From a virus, in the IMG/VR virus record IMGVR_UViG_3300025120_014919, positions 41,614-105,613 of that record: 64,000 nt of DNA. The stretch is one strand, 5' to 3'. The position numbers and the translations under genes were made by a program. This document shows, one piece after another, positions 50,009 to 58,439 of this stretch. The notes beneath the pieces are model-generated. The model did not search any database, was not told where the DNA came from, and worked only from the letters and a program-made list of their open reading frames with translations. Positions within the stretch are counted from its first letter, which is position 1; every line of letters begins with the position of its first letter.

Positions 50009-52408
50009 ATGGCAACAGGAATTCCAATAGATGATTTAGTTAAACTTCCGTTTAGTTTTGAAAATAATTGCAACGATGCAGTCTTCCCTTTAGTTTATGG
50101 TAATGGAGGAACATATAAGGTATCGGTTGATCAAATATTTTTCAACAATTCAATAGAAAATAGTTCTTTACAGGTTAATAGTGTAACTACGGATAAAATA
50201 ACTGATTTAAGTATAACGACAGACAAAATTGCTGAGCAAGCAATTATACCTGAAAAAATCCAAAATAATAGCATAACTTGTAATCAAATAGCTATATGTG
50301 GTATTGGTAATGAAAACATGACACCGAGAACCATCCAAGGTGTTATATTACGTGAAAAAACTATTACTAATTTAGAGTTAGCAGATAATAGTGTTAATAC
50401 AGATAAAATTCAAAATAATTCTATTATTACAGATAAAATAAACGATGCTGCAGTAACTACAGATAAATTGAATAGTCAATCAGTTACTAATGATAAGATT
50501 GCAAATAACACTATAGCATCAACAAAAATAGAGTTTATTGGTGATGATTTAACTAGAGCCCCGGGTGCAATATTAATACACAACCAGGGTAAATATAATA
50601 GCTCTATTATGAGCGGTGACGGCACTTTAAATAGTACTGGTGTATTTAATTTAAACCCCATACCGACTAATAAATTACTTGACGACGCTGTAACTACACC
50701 TAAAATCTTAGATAAAAATATAACAAAAGGAAAAATTGCAGATAAAACAATTACTAATGAGCAAATAGCTAATGCTACTATTACTAATGAAAATATGATT
50801 CAAAGAAGTATACAAGGTCTTATACTTCAATGCAAAACAATTAACAATGAGGAATTAGCTGATAATTCAGTAGGTACTAGAAATATTCAAGAACAAAGTA
50901 TTAGTCCAGGCAAAATACAAAATGGTACCATTGCTGCAAAACAAATAGCTAGCCAAGGTGTTAGTAATGATAATTTACAAGATAGAAGTATAGAAGGTGG
51001 TAAACTTATAACTAGTACTATTAGTAATGATGAGTTAGCAGATAATTCAGTTAATAATGCAAAAATTGACAATAGTGGGGATTATACATTTAATAGTATT
51101 ACAAATACAACTGAAGATGTAGGTATAAATGGTATTGAATATAAATTTCCAAATACTTTAACTAACGACAGATTTCTTAAGCATTCAGTTGCAGGTAAGT
51201 TAGAGTGGGTAACCCCGACAGAATTTAGTCCAAGAGCACCGACAACGGTATTAGATAAAGTTCTTCCTATAGGTGCAATAATGTCTTACGGTGCAAATAC
51301 TCTACCAGCAGATGGTAAATTTTTACCTTGTGATGGTTCAGAGCAAAATACAGCTGATTACCCAGACTTAAGCAAATTAATAAAAGGGATATATGGAGCA
51401 GCTAGTTCTGCTTCAAAATTTGTATTACCTGATTTAAGAGGTAGAGTACCTGTCGGTTATAGTGCATCAGATAGTAATTTTAACAGTGTAGGAAAAGTAG
51501 GAGGTTCTAATGATCAACGTATATGTACAACAACTGACGGTCATAACCTATTAGAATCAGAATTACCAGCACACTCTCATTGTTATAGAAATGATTATTT
51601 CATGGAAGTTAATCGAAACTGTAAATGTGTAGATTATAAAGAAGATGTAGGTTCAGGTTTACATGGAAGTGGTGATTCAGATAATGATAATACAACTGTA
51701 TTTGGAAGATGCTCCAGAACTGCTAGTACAGGTGGTAGCGCTTCTCATTCCCATACCATATCATTTAATGGGGATAATAAAAATATTCAAAAGTATAATA
51801 CTATTCCATATATTATTAAAGCTTTACCTGATAGAGTAGTTCAATTAGATGTTGAGTTGGGACCAGGATTAGTCGGTCAAAGAAGTAATCCGGTCTCCAC
51901 GACGAGTAATATTACTTTAGATAGTACGTGTCTAAATTTAGTAGTTAAGCCCTCTCAATTATGTTTTAATAATACAAATCAACTGGCCATAAGCGATAAT
52001 TTTATAACAGATTTTGCTAATGATGGAGGTATTACCTCAGCTACAAGTACTGACAATACAATACCCACCACAAAAGCTGTTAAGACATATGTAGATGGTC
52101 GTACAACTACTAAATATTTTACCGGTACAAGTACTAAATACTCTATCTCTCACGGGCAAAGTAGAGCCCCTGATGTATTCCAGATCTTTTTAGATTCCGT
52201 GCTCGGAAGAACAGATATTACTTCACTGCATATCGCAAATGGTACTGATGGGGGTCGAATACATGTAGGTATTCAAGCCGATGCAACAAAAATTGAGGCA
52301 TTTATAGCGACGGCCACAGGTGGTGTAGCGACATCGTCCTCGAGCCTGAACTTGGGCGTCGTGCCTGACGCGGCTACGAAATTGTATACTGCAATATGGT
52401 ACGACTAA
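50009..52408 (+). CDS. Tail fibre with decapeptide repeats and phage tail-collar domain
   Basis: NSVTTDKIxD-type repeats, LPIGAIMSY...FLPCDG...LPDLRGRVPVG collar, ELPAHSH and HSH motifs. Confidence 0.88.
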   Translation: MATGIPIDDLVKLPFSFENNCNDAVFPLVYGNGGTYKVSVDQIFFNNSIENSSLQVNSVTTDKITDLSITTDKIAEQAIIPEKIQNNSITCNQIAICGIGNENMTPRTIQGVILREKTITNLELADNSVNTDKIQNNSIITDKINDAAVTTDKLNSQSVTNDKIANNTIASTKIEFIGDDLTRAPGAILIHNQGKYNSSIMSGDGTLNSTGVFNLNPIPTNKLLDDAVTTPKILDKNITKGKIADKTITNEQIANATITNENMIQRSIQGLILQCKTINNEELADNSVGTRNIQEQSISPGKIQNGTIAAKQIASQGVSNDNLQDRSIEGGKLITSTISNDELADNSVNNAKIDNSGDYTFNSITNTTEDVGINGIEYKFPNTLTNDRFLKHSVAGKLEWVTPTEFSPRAPTTVLDKVLPIGAIMSYGANTLPADGKFLPCDGSEQNTADYPDLSKLIKGIYGAASSASKFVLPDLRGRVPVGYSASDSNFNSVGKVGGSNDQRICTTTDGHNLLESELPAHSHCYRNDYFMEVNRNCKCVDYKEDVGSGLHGSGDSDNDNTTVFGRCSRTASTGGSASHSHTISFNGDNKNIQKYNTIPYIIKALPDRVVQLDVELGPGLVGQRSNPVSTTSNITLDSTCLNLVVKPSQLCFNNTNQLAISDNFITDFANDGGITSATSTDNTIPTTKAVKTYVDGRTTTKYFTGTSTKYSISHGQSRAPDVFQIFLDSVLGRTDITSLHIANGTDGGRIHVGIQADATKIEAFIATATGGVATSSSSLNLGVVPDAATKLYTAIWYD
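50140..51070 (+). repeat. Degenerate 10-aa (30-bp) coding repeat, S/A-V/I-T-x-x-K-I/L-x-D
   Basis: Many copies visible in the translation (NSVTTDKITD, LSITTDKIAE, AAVTTDKLNS, NSVNNAKIDN). Boundaries are approximate. Confidence 0.8.
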
Positions 52409-52788
52409 ACATACACGACATAATAAAATATATAAAATCTTTGAATCGTGTTGGGTGCAGTGCTTTTAAGTTTATATCACAAACAGAGTTAATTAATCAA
52501 TATAGAAATACTGACTTTACACTTGTAGAAGATTTAAGCTATGATTCAAAATTAGTTAATTGGGAAAATATAAAAGATTATTCACCCAATATTACGTTAA
52601 AAATAGATAGGAAAATAAAAGATAAAAAGTTAAATTTATATTATAAGAATGTTGTTTATAATGACGTATTAAAAAATCCGGTAGTTATAGGCCACCAGGG
52701 GTTAGTAATTGATGGTTATCACAGATTAAAAAATATACAAATTAATAAATTAAGTTTTAATGCTTGGATAGCGACTAATTATAAATAA
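52396..52788 (+). CDS. Small protein with ParB/Srx-like motif
   Basis: NPVVI...LVIDGYHRL; start uncertain. Confidence 0.5.
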   Translation: MVRLNIHDIIKYIKSLNRVGCSAFKFISQTELINQYRNTDFTLVEDLSYDSKLVNWENIKDYSPNITLKIDRKIKDKKLNLYYKNVVYNDVLKNPVVIGHQGLVIDGYHRLKNIQINKLSFNAWIATNYK

Positions 52789-52819
52789 CTAATATAGATA
52801 ATATAGACTAAATAATAAT

Positions 52820-54640
52820 ATGGCCGTAGGATTAACAAATAAATGTATAAACGCAACTTACCAAGGTTTAATAAAAACATGCGATAATCTAGTTTTACCC
52901 GCCGATGGGCAAGTACTTTTAACAGATGGACAAGGCACTGAGTCTAGCCTTAGTATTGGTAAAGCCAATAATGGTATTAGCGTACTTGGAGTTTCAACAT
53001 TGTGCGGTAATATCACGCAAGAAGGTTCAAGCACCACAACGTTAAAAGCTACTACTATCACTGGTGCAGGTACAGTATGCGGTGCTACACTTTTATGCAA
53101 TAGTGCTGAAGTTTGCTGCGCGCTTACTACACATGCTAATAATACTTTTTGCGGAGAATGTACATTTGTAGAAAAAAGAGCTGCTATAGGTTCTAATACT
53201 AATGCTGATGACTCTACAATTTTAACTGTAAAATCAACGTGTGAAGATTGTTCAGCTGTTACTTTAATAGGTAACGGTGTTAGCCCCCATATACGATTAT
53301 TTGAGGAAGGGGCAGGAACATGTTTTGCAGTAGGGTTGGATAGTAATGATTCTAATAAATTTAAAATTGTTAATGGCCCGACAATGAGTCAAAATAATGC
53401 AATAGTTATAACAGCAGGTGGTAAAGTAGGTATTAATAACTCACCATTAGCAACTTCAGAAGAATTTAATGTTTGCGGTAATTCTTTATTTTCAGGCAAT
53501 ACCACCATTTGCGATTCAGCTTTAAAATTAACTAGAGATTCATCTATAGAAGTTTCTAACGGTACAGGTAATGTCGGTGAATTTATAGGAAAAACGACAG
53601 CAGGTCGTTTAACATGGCAAAGCCCAGGTGGTGGTGCAAATTGCACTGGTAATATATGTAGCGGTACTACAGTATCTCCAAACATATTACCGAAATTTCA
53701 AGACCCTGGAGGAGGAATCACAACTTCATGTACTTTAACAGATAGTAATATAAGTGATGATGGTACTACAGTCTTAGTACAACAACAATTGAATGTAGGT
53801 GGCAACACTTCGTTTATAGGAAGTGCTCACTTTTTAAGTACTTTAAAAGATGAAACTGCTGGTAACGGGGTAAATGGTCAAGTTTTAACTTCTACTGGAA
53901 GTGGAATAAAATGGACAAATTGCAATACTAGTGCAGGTTCATTAGAAGTTCAAAGTACTTTTAATGTAACAGGTGGTCTTACAGGTGTACCACAAAGTTT
54001 TAACGGTACACAAGACGTTAATATTCCTGTTAATGCAATAAATGCTGCATGTTTAAAATCAGGATTAGTACCACAAGCTAGATTACCTGACATTAATGCA
54101 TGTCAATTACAAAGTCTAAATTTATCATCACCTGGTAATAGATTTAATGTTATCACGCATGTTGAAAATGACGGTTCAATGGAAATAGGAAGATTTATCG
54201 ACTTTCATTTAGATACGACGAGCTCATCTAATTGCAACGCAAGTATACAATTATTCGATAACAATAGAATGCATTTTACCGGAGCGAATGTTTCAGAATT
54301 CCAATTTGATGGTAACGTGTGCTCAACCAAAGATATTATAGCTTTTACAACATCTGATAAAAATCTTAAAAAGGATTTAAGTTGCATAACTAATAGTAAT
54401 AACATTATTAATAATTTAAATTCATATTGCTTTAAATATAATGAAAAATCTGGTAGAAATAATGAATTAGGTATCGGTTTTATTGCTCAAGAAGTTGAAG
54501 AAGTATTACCAAGAGCTGTCCAAACTAGAGAAGATGGTAGTCTTGCAGTTGATTACTTACAATTTATACCAATTCTTTCAGAAGAAATTAAAAGATTAAA
54601 TTCAAAAATAGAAGAATTAGAATCTAAGATAGGCAATTAA
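52820..54640 (+). CDS. Cys-rich tail fibre with S74-like chaperone; paralog of 42734-44374
   Basis: KDIIAFTTSDKNLKK, GFIAQEVEEVLP, VDYLQFIPIL; N-terminus shares KTCDNxxLPADG with the paralog. Confidence 0.88.
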   Translation: MAVGLTNKCINATYQGLIKTCDNLVLPADGQVLLTDGQGTESSLSIGKANNGISVLGVSTLCGNITQEGSSTTTLKATTITGAGTVCGATLLCNSAEVCCALTTHANNTFCGECTFVEKRAAIGSNTNADDSTILTVKSTCEDCSAVTLIGNGVSPHIRLFEEGAGTCFAVGLDSNDSNKFKIVNGPTMSQNNAIVITAGGKVGINNSPLATSEEFNVCGNSLFSGNTTICDSALKLTRDSSIEVSNGTGNVGEFIGKTTAGRLTWQSPGGGANCTGNICSGTTVSPNILPKFQDPGGGITTSCTLTDSNISDDGTTVLVQQQLNVGGNTSFIGSAHFLSTLKDETAGNGVNGQVLTSTGSGIKWTNCNTSAGSLEVQSTFNVTGGLTGVPQSFNGTQDVNIPVNAINAACLKSGLVPQARLPDINACQLQSLNLSSPGNRFNVITHVENDGSMEIGRFIDFHLDTTSSSNCNASIQLFDNNRMHFTGANVSEFQFDGNVCSTKDIIAFTTSDKNLKKDLSCITNSNNIINNLNSYCFKYNEKSGRNNELGIGFIAQEVEEVLPRAVQTREDGSLAVDYLQFIPILSEEIKRLNSKIEELESKIGN

Positions 54641-55449
54641 CCTGAAACGGTACCTGAAAAGGTTATATCTTTAATAGGTAATTTCAATTTACCGCTATAG
54701 GCTATACCAAATTTAACCCTATAAGGTATAATTGAAGGGTCTAATCCTGTATTAAAAGTAAATACATTAGTATACTCATCAAAAATATTGTTTCTAAAAT
54801 CTAACTGATAAGTGGTTAGATTATTGCTAAATCTAATTCTAATATTTTTATTTTTAGTATTAAAATTAAACAACTCACTTTCATCTAATACCTTTGTAGT
54901 TAAATGCTGATAAGTTGTATCACCGCTAACTCTTAATGTAATAGATTTAGGACTTCTTTCTGTAAGGCCAGTAGACACATCTCTAAATTTAGTTGATAAG
55001 CAATAACCACCTGATAAATCTATAGCTAAAGAGGCAATATGCCCGGACATATTAACTGAAGTAGTTTCTAAATGATCTGTTGGTGATAATAAACCTAAAC
55101 CATCTCCTGCTGAACCGTGGGTCATTAATGTATCAATCCCATGCCCGGCTGGATCTGCATCAGAGTCAATAAGAAAAAATACTATACCATCTCTATAAAA
55201 ATTATAACTATCAATATCAACCCCTATATTTCTATTACTTGGAAAAAGACCATCAGGTTCTTCACCTTGTATATATAAGTTTTCCGGGCTTGAACTATCG
55301 ATATTATTTTCACCAAGAATATTAATATCAATCTCAGGTATATTAACCGATACATATATATCATCCTGAGGGTCAAAAGATGAAAGCTCCGGGTTAAACA
55401 CAACTCTATTATGTTTACTTAATGACATTGAATCGTACGATACACTCAT
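54637..55449 (-). CDS. Legume (L-type) lectin-like late protein
   Basis: DGIVFFLID...AGDGLGL...LAID and KFGIAYSG pattern; late promoter. Confidence 0.5.
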   Translation of the reverse strand: MSVSYDSMSLSKHNRVVFNPELSSFDPQDDIYVSVNIPEIDINILGENNIDSSSPENLYIQGEEPDGLFPSNRNIGVDIDSYNFYRDGIVFFLIDSDADPAGHGIDTLMTHGSAGDGLGLLSPTDHLETTSVNMSGHIASLAIDLSGGYCLSTKFRDVSTGLTERSPKSITLRVSGDTTYQHLTTKVLDESELFNFNTKNKNIRIRFSNNLTTYQLDFRNNIFDEYTNVFTFNTGLDPSIIPYRVKFGIAYSGKLKLPIKDITFSGTVSG

Positions 55450-55453
55450 AAAA

Positions 55454-56263
55454 TTATTTAATTAAAAAAAATAGTTTAATATAGTCAATTATTTCTTGCA
55501 TTTTTTCTTTTGATATTACTTTTTCAAACTCATCAATAACGTCATCGTATTTTTCACCTAGTTCTATTCTACCAGCTACATAATTATTAAACCTATCTTC
55601 GTATGTGTTATTAAAAGGTATACCATGCGGTCTACCAAATCTATGTAACCATTTAAAGTTTTTAACACAAATACATCTACCTCCTTTTTTTCTGTACTTA
55701 TTATGTATGTAGTATTCCTCTCCACCAAAACCTTTAAATATTTCATTAAAGCCGATCCATTCATTTTTTTTACATGAAAAAACTCCCATTCCTTGCGCTG
55801 GTATTTCTTGATAAGATTTATTAATTTTTATATTATCCCACTTACCGAAAAAATAAGACCCCCACTCTTGTTTTAAATAATTACTTTCATTTTTTAAATC
55901 ATCTAACAATAGAGGTCCTTGTACCAAATCGAAAGGTTTGTGGTAATTATCGTAAAAATCTTTTAACGCGTCAAAACTTTTCAAAGGAAATAAAACATGA
56001 CAATCACATACAACTACTATATCATTTGAAGCATATTTAAATATTTCACCTTTAACCGCGGTACTAGTTTTCTTATTATATGTGTAGTATTTTATCTTAT
56101 TTGACGTACTAGCTAACTGTTTACAAAGCTCAGAATGTTTAGACGTTGGGTTATTATCTACTATTATAATTTCTGTAACTAACGGATGGTATAATTGTAA
56201 ACTTTGAATAGTAAAATATACCCCATCATAATCATCATAAGTACACATTCCTACGGTAAACAT
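55454..56263 (-). CDS. GT2/GT-A glycosyltransferase (start revised from 56332 to 56263)
   Basis: TVGMCTYDD, IIIVDN, CDCHV (DxH), GFGGEE; TAAATA-N5-ATG at 56274-56263. Confidence 0.85.
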   Translation of the reverse strand: MFTVGMCTYDDYDGVYFTIQSLQLYHPLVTEIIIVDNNPTSKHSELCKQLASTSNKIKYYTYNKKTSTAVKGEIFKYASNDIVVVCDCHVLFPLKSFDALKDFYDNYHKPFDLVQGPLLLDDLKNESNYLKQEWGSYFFGKWDNIKINKSYQEIPAQGMGVFSCKKNEWIGFNEIFKGFGGEEYYIHNKYRKKGGRCICVKNFKWLHRFGRPHGIPFNNTYEDRFNNYVAGRIELGEKYDDVIDEFEKVISKEKMQEIIDYIKLFFLIK

Positions 56264-56282
56264 AATGATATTTAGAAATAAG

Positions 56283-56310
56283 TTGATAATATTCAATATT
56301 AAGTTATAAT
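56283..56310 (+). promoter_or_regulatory. Sigma70-type promoter of the guaC operon
   Basis: TTGATA-N16-TATAAT-N8-ATG. Confidence 0.7.
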
Positions 56311-56318
56311 ATATATAT

Positions 56319-56516
56319 ATGAGTAAGTACAATGCTATACGAGAGCAATTGCGGGTAGAAGTAGATAAAAAACAACAAGGTACAGTCGATACCGTTTTAA
56401 GAGATATAGAACTAAGACATAGCCAAGATGATTTTTGTGAACAGTATGTAAAGTTACAAGATGTAGGCTTCAGTCCATACGATTGTTTAATTGCATATAT
56501 GAAAGGTATAAAATAA
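56319..56516 (+). CDS. Hypothetical protein
   Basis: 65 aa after a sigma70-like promoter; TAATG coupling to guaC. Confidence 0.6.
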   Translation: MSKYNAIREQLRVEVDKKQQGTVDTVLRDIELRHSQDDFCEQYVKLQDVGFSPYDCLIAYMKGIK

Positions 56517-57535
56517 TGAATACAGCTTATAGTTACAAAGATATAGTATTACAACCTGCTTACTCGGAAATTAGATCAAGATCATCTTTAGATGTATCGG
56601 TAAAGTTTTTAGGTAAAACATTTGAAAGTGCTGCTATACCAGCTAATATGAAATGCACTATTGATTTTAATAAAGCAAAAGAGTTAAGTGAAGCTGGTTA
56701 TTTTTATGTACTGCATAGATTCTACGATTACGAAGATATTATAGATTGGATGGTCGAAAACAAAGATATGAGAACTATTTCAATATCTGTTGGAGTAAAT
56801 AAAAAGGATCGAGATTTTATTGATAAGATTGTAGAAAAAGATATAGGTGTAGATTTTATTACTATTGATGTAGCCCATGGTCATCATGTGCTAGTGAAGA
56901 ATATGATTACATACATCAATAATAAATTAAGTGTCAATGTTATTGCAGGTAATGTAGGTACTTACCAGGCAGCTAAAGACTTATATGATTGGGGAGCTGA
57001 TGCAGTTAAAATTGGATTATCGATGGGTAAGAGCTGTACTACGTATAACTGTACAGGTGTAGGTACCCCGATGTTCAGTGCAGTCTCATCTATTGCTAGA
57101 AAGAAATTTAGTAAGTATGTAGTTCATAAGCAAGGCGGTTTAGCTGGTGAATATAAAGAGATATCAATACCTGTTATTGCTGACGGTCAGATTAGAGAAG
57201 TAGGTGACGTATGTAAAGCATTAGTTGCAGGAGCTAATATGGTAATGATTGGTAGTGAGTTTGCAAAGTGTGAAGATAGCCCTGCTGACATTATAGGAGG
57301 ACCTGCAATGGGTAATACTAATAAGAAAGTTTTTTATGGTAGTGCCTCATCAACAAATAAAGGTCATCAGGGTTTTGTAGAAGGTCAGACAGTATATATG
57401 GATATGAGAAACGAGACTTACATACAATATTTTAATAGGTTAAATCAAGGTATTCAAAGTTGTATGAGTTATGCGGGGATTGAAAATATTTTTGAGTTAA
57501 TACATATGGATTTTCAAGTACATACCAATAATTAA
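56516..57535 (+). CDS. guaC: GMP reductase (IMPDH/GMPR family, no CBS domain)
   Basis: PANM, HRF, IDVAHGH, IAGNV, GADAVKIG...SCTT, FYGSAS, VEG; start revised to 56516. Confidence 0.85.
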   Translation: MNTAYSYKDIVLQPAYSEIRSRSSLDVSVKFLGKTFESAAIPANMKCTIDFNKAKELSEAGYFYVLHRFYDYEDIIDWMVENKDMRTISISVGVNKKDRDFIDKIVEKDIGVDFITIDVAHGHHVLVKNMITYINNKLSVNVIAGNVGTYQAAKDLYDWGADAVKIGLSMGKSCTTYNCTGVGTPMFSAVSSIARKKFSKYVVHKQGGLAGEYKEISIPVIADGQIREVGDVCKALVAGANMVMIGSEFAKCEDSPADIIGGPAMGNTNKKVFYGSASSTNKGHQGFVEGQTVYMDMRNETYIQYFNRLNQGIQSCMSYAGIENIFELIHMDFQVHTNN

Positions 57536-57539
57536 TAGT

Positions 57540-58439
57540 ATGAGTAAAACCAATTACGTTATTTTTAACCCTGAAGGAGGGCTTGGTAAAATAATTGCTT
57601 CAACAGCAATAATAAAGTTCATTCAGAAAAAATACCCAGATCATAAAATAGTAGTTATAACGCCTTGGGCTGAAATGTTTTTAAATAACCCTAGAGTTGA
57701 TAGAGTTTTTAAATCAGGTAATCATCCATATTTTTATAAGGACTATATTGAAGGTAGAGAGAGTGTTGTACTAAAAGGTGAACCTTATTTTAACACTGAA
57801 CACTTATATAGTAAACAACATTTAGTTGAATCTTGGTGTGCTCTTCATGATTTACCATTCGATGGAGATATAAAACCAGAGTTATATTTTAATATAGCTG
57901 AAAAAGATTATTATGGAAATAATATTTCAGCTGATAAACCTATTCTTTTATTGCAAACTAATGGAGGACCTTATGATGATGCTAAACAATATTCATGGAC
58001 CAGAGATATACCACAATCTCAGTCGCAAATTTTAGTAAATGAATTACAAAATCAATATAGTATTTTCCACGTATGTAGAAAAAACTCACCTCATTTAAAA
58101 GGGGTAGAAAGAATTGATCAAGTAGATAATAAAAGAACATTTTTATCTTTATTGTTTAAATCACAAAAGCGTTTATTAATTGACAGTTGCATTCAGCATG
58201 CTGCAGCTGCTTTTGAATTACCATCGACTGTTTGTTGGGTAGGTACATCACCAGATGTGTTCGGCTATAAAATTCATAACAATATATTACCTGAATCGAA
58301 AATAGTATCTGAAACTGGTGGTAGAATGATAGATAGTTTATTTTTCGATCATGATTTTAATGGCCCTGAGCATGAATACCCTTTTGAAGATTATGGTATA
58401 TTTAACCTGCAGAAGGTTTATGATAGTATTGTCAAATGA
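57540..58439 (+). CDS. GT-B glycosyltransferase (GT9/heptosyltransferase-like)
   Basis: EGGLGKIIAST at the N-terminus and IDSCIQHAAAAFELPSTVCW. Confidence 0.75.
   Translation: MSKTNYVIFNPEGGLGKIIASTAIIKFIQKKYPDHKIVVITPWAEMFLNNPRVDRVFKSGNHPYFYKDYIEGRESVVLKGEPYFNTEHLYSKQHLVESWCALHDLPFDGDIKPELYFNIAEKDYYGNNISADKPILLLQTNGGPYDDAKQYSWTRDIPQSQSQILVNELQNQYSIFHVCRKNSPHLKGVERIDQVDNKRTFLSLLFKSQKRLLIDSCIQHAAAAFELPSTVCWVGTSPDVFGYKIHNNILPESKIVSETGGRMIDSLFFDHDFNGPEHEYPFEDYGIFNLQKVYDSIVK

Noticed and set aside
50009-52788. Diversity-generating retroelement
   Set aside because: No reverse transcriptase or template repeat in the window; only a GC-rich tip, kept as a low-level finding.
42734-54640. Invertible tail-fibre switch between the oppositely oriented paralogs
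   Set aside because: No invertase or clear inverted recombination sites were seen, both genes have their own late promoter, and the DNA is clearly diverged.
2114-55764. Other short overlapping ORFs in the track (e.g. 2114, 3118, 3680, 15281, 18692, 24408, 33749, 43689, 53389)
   Set aside because: They lie within well-supported genes and lack the promoter-start geometry or coupling seen for real genes.
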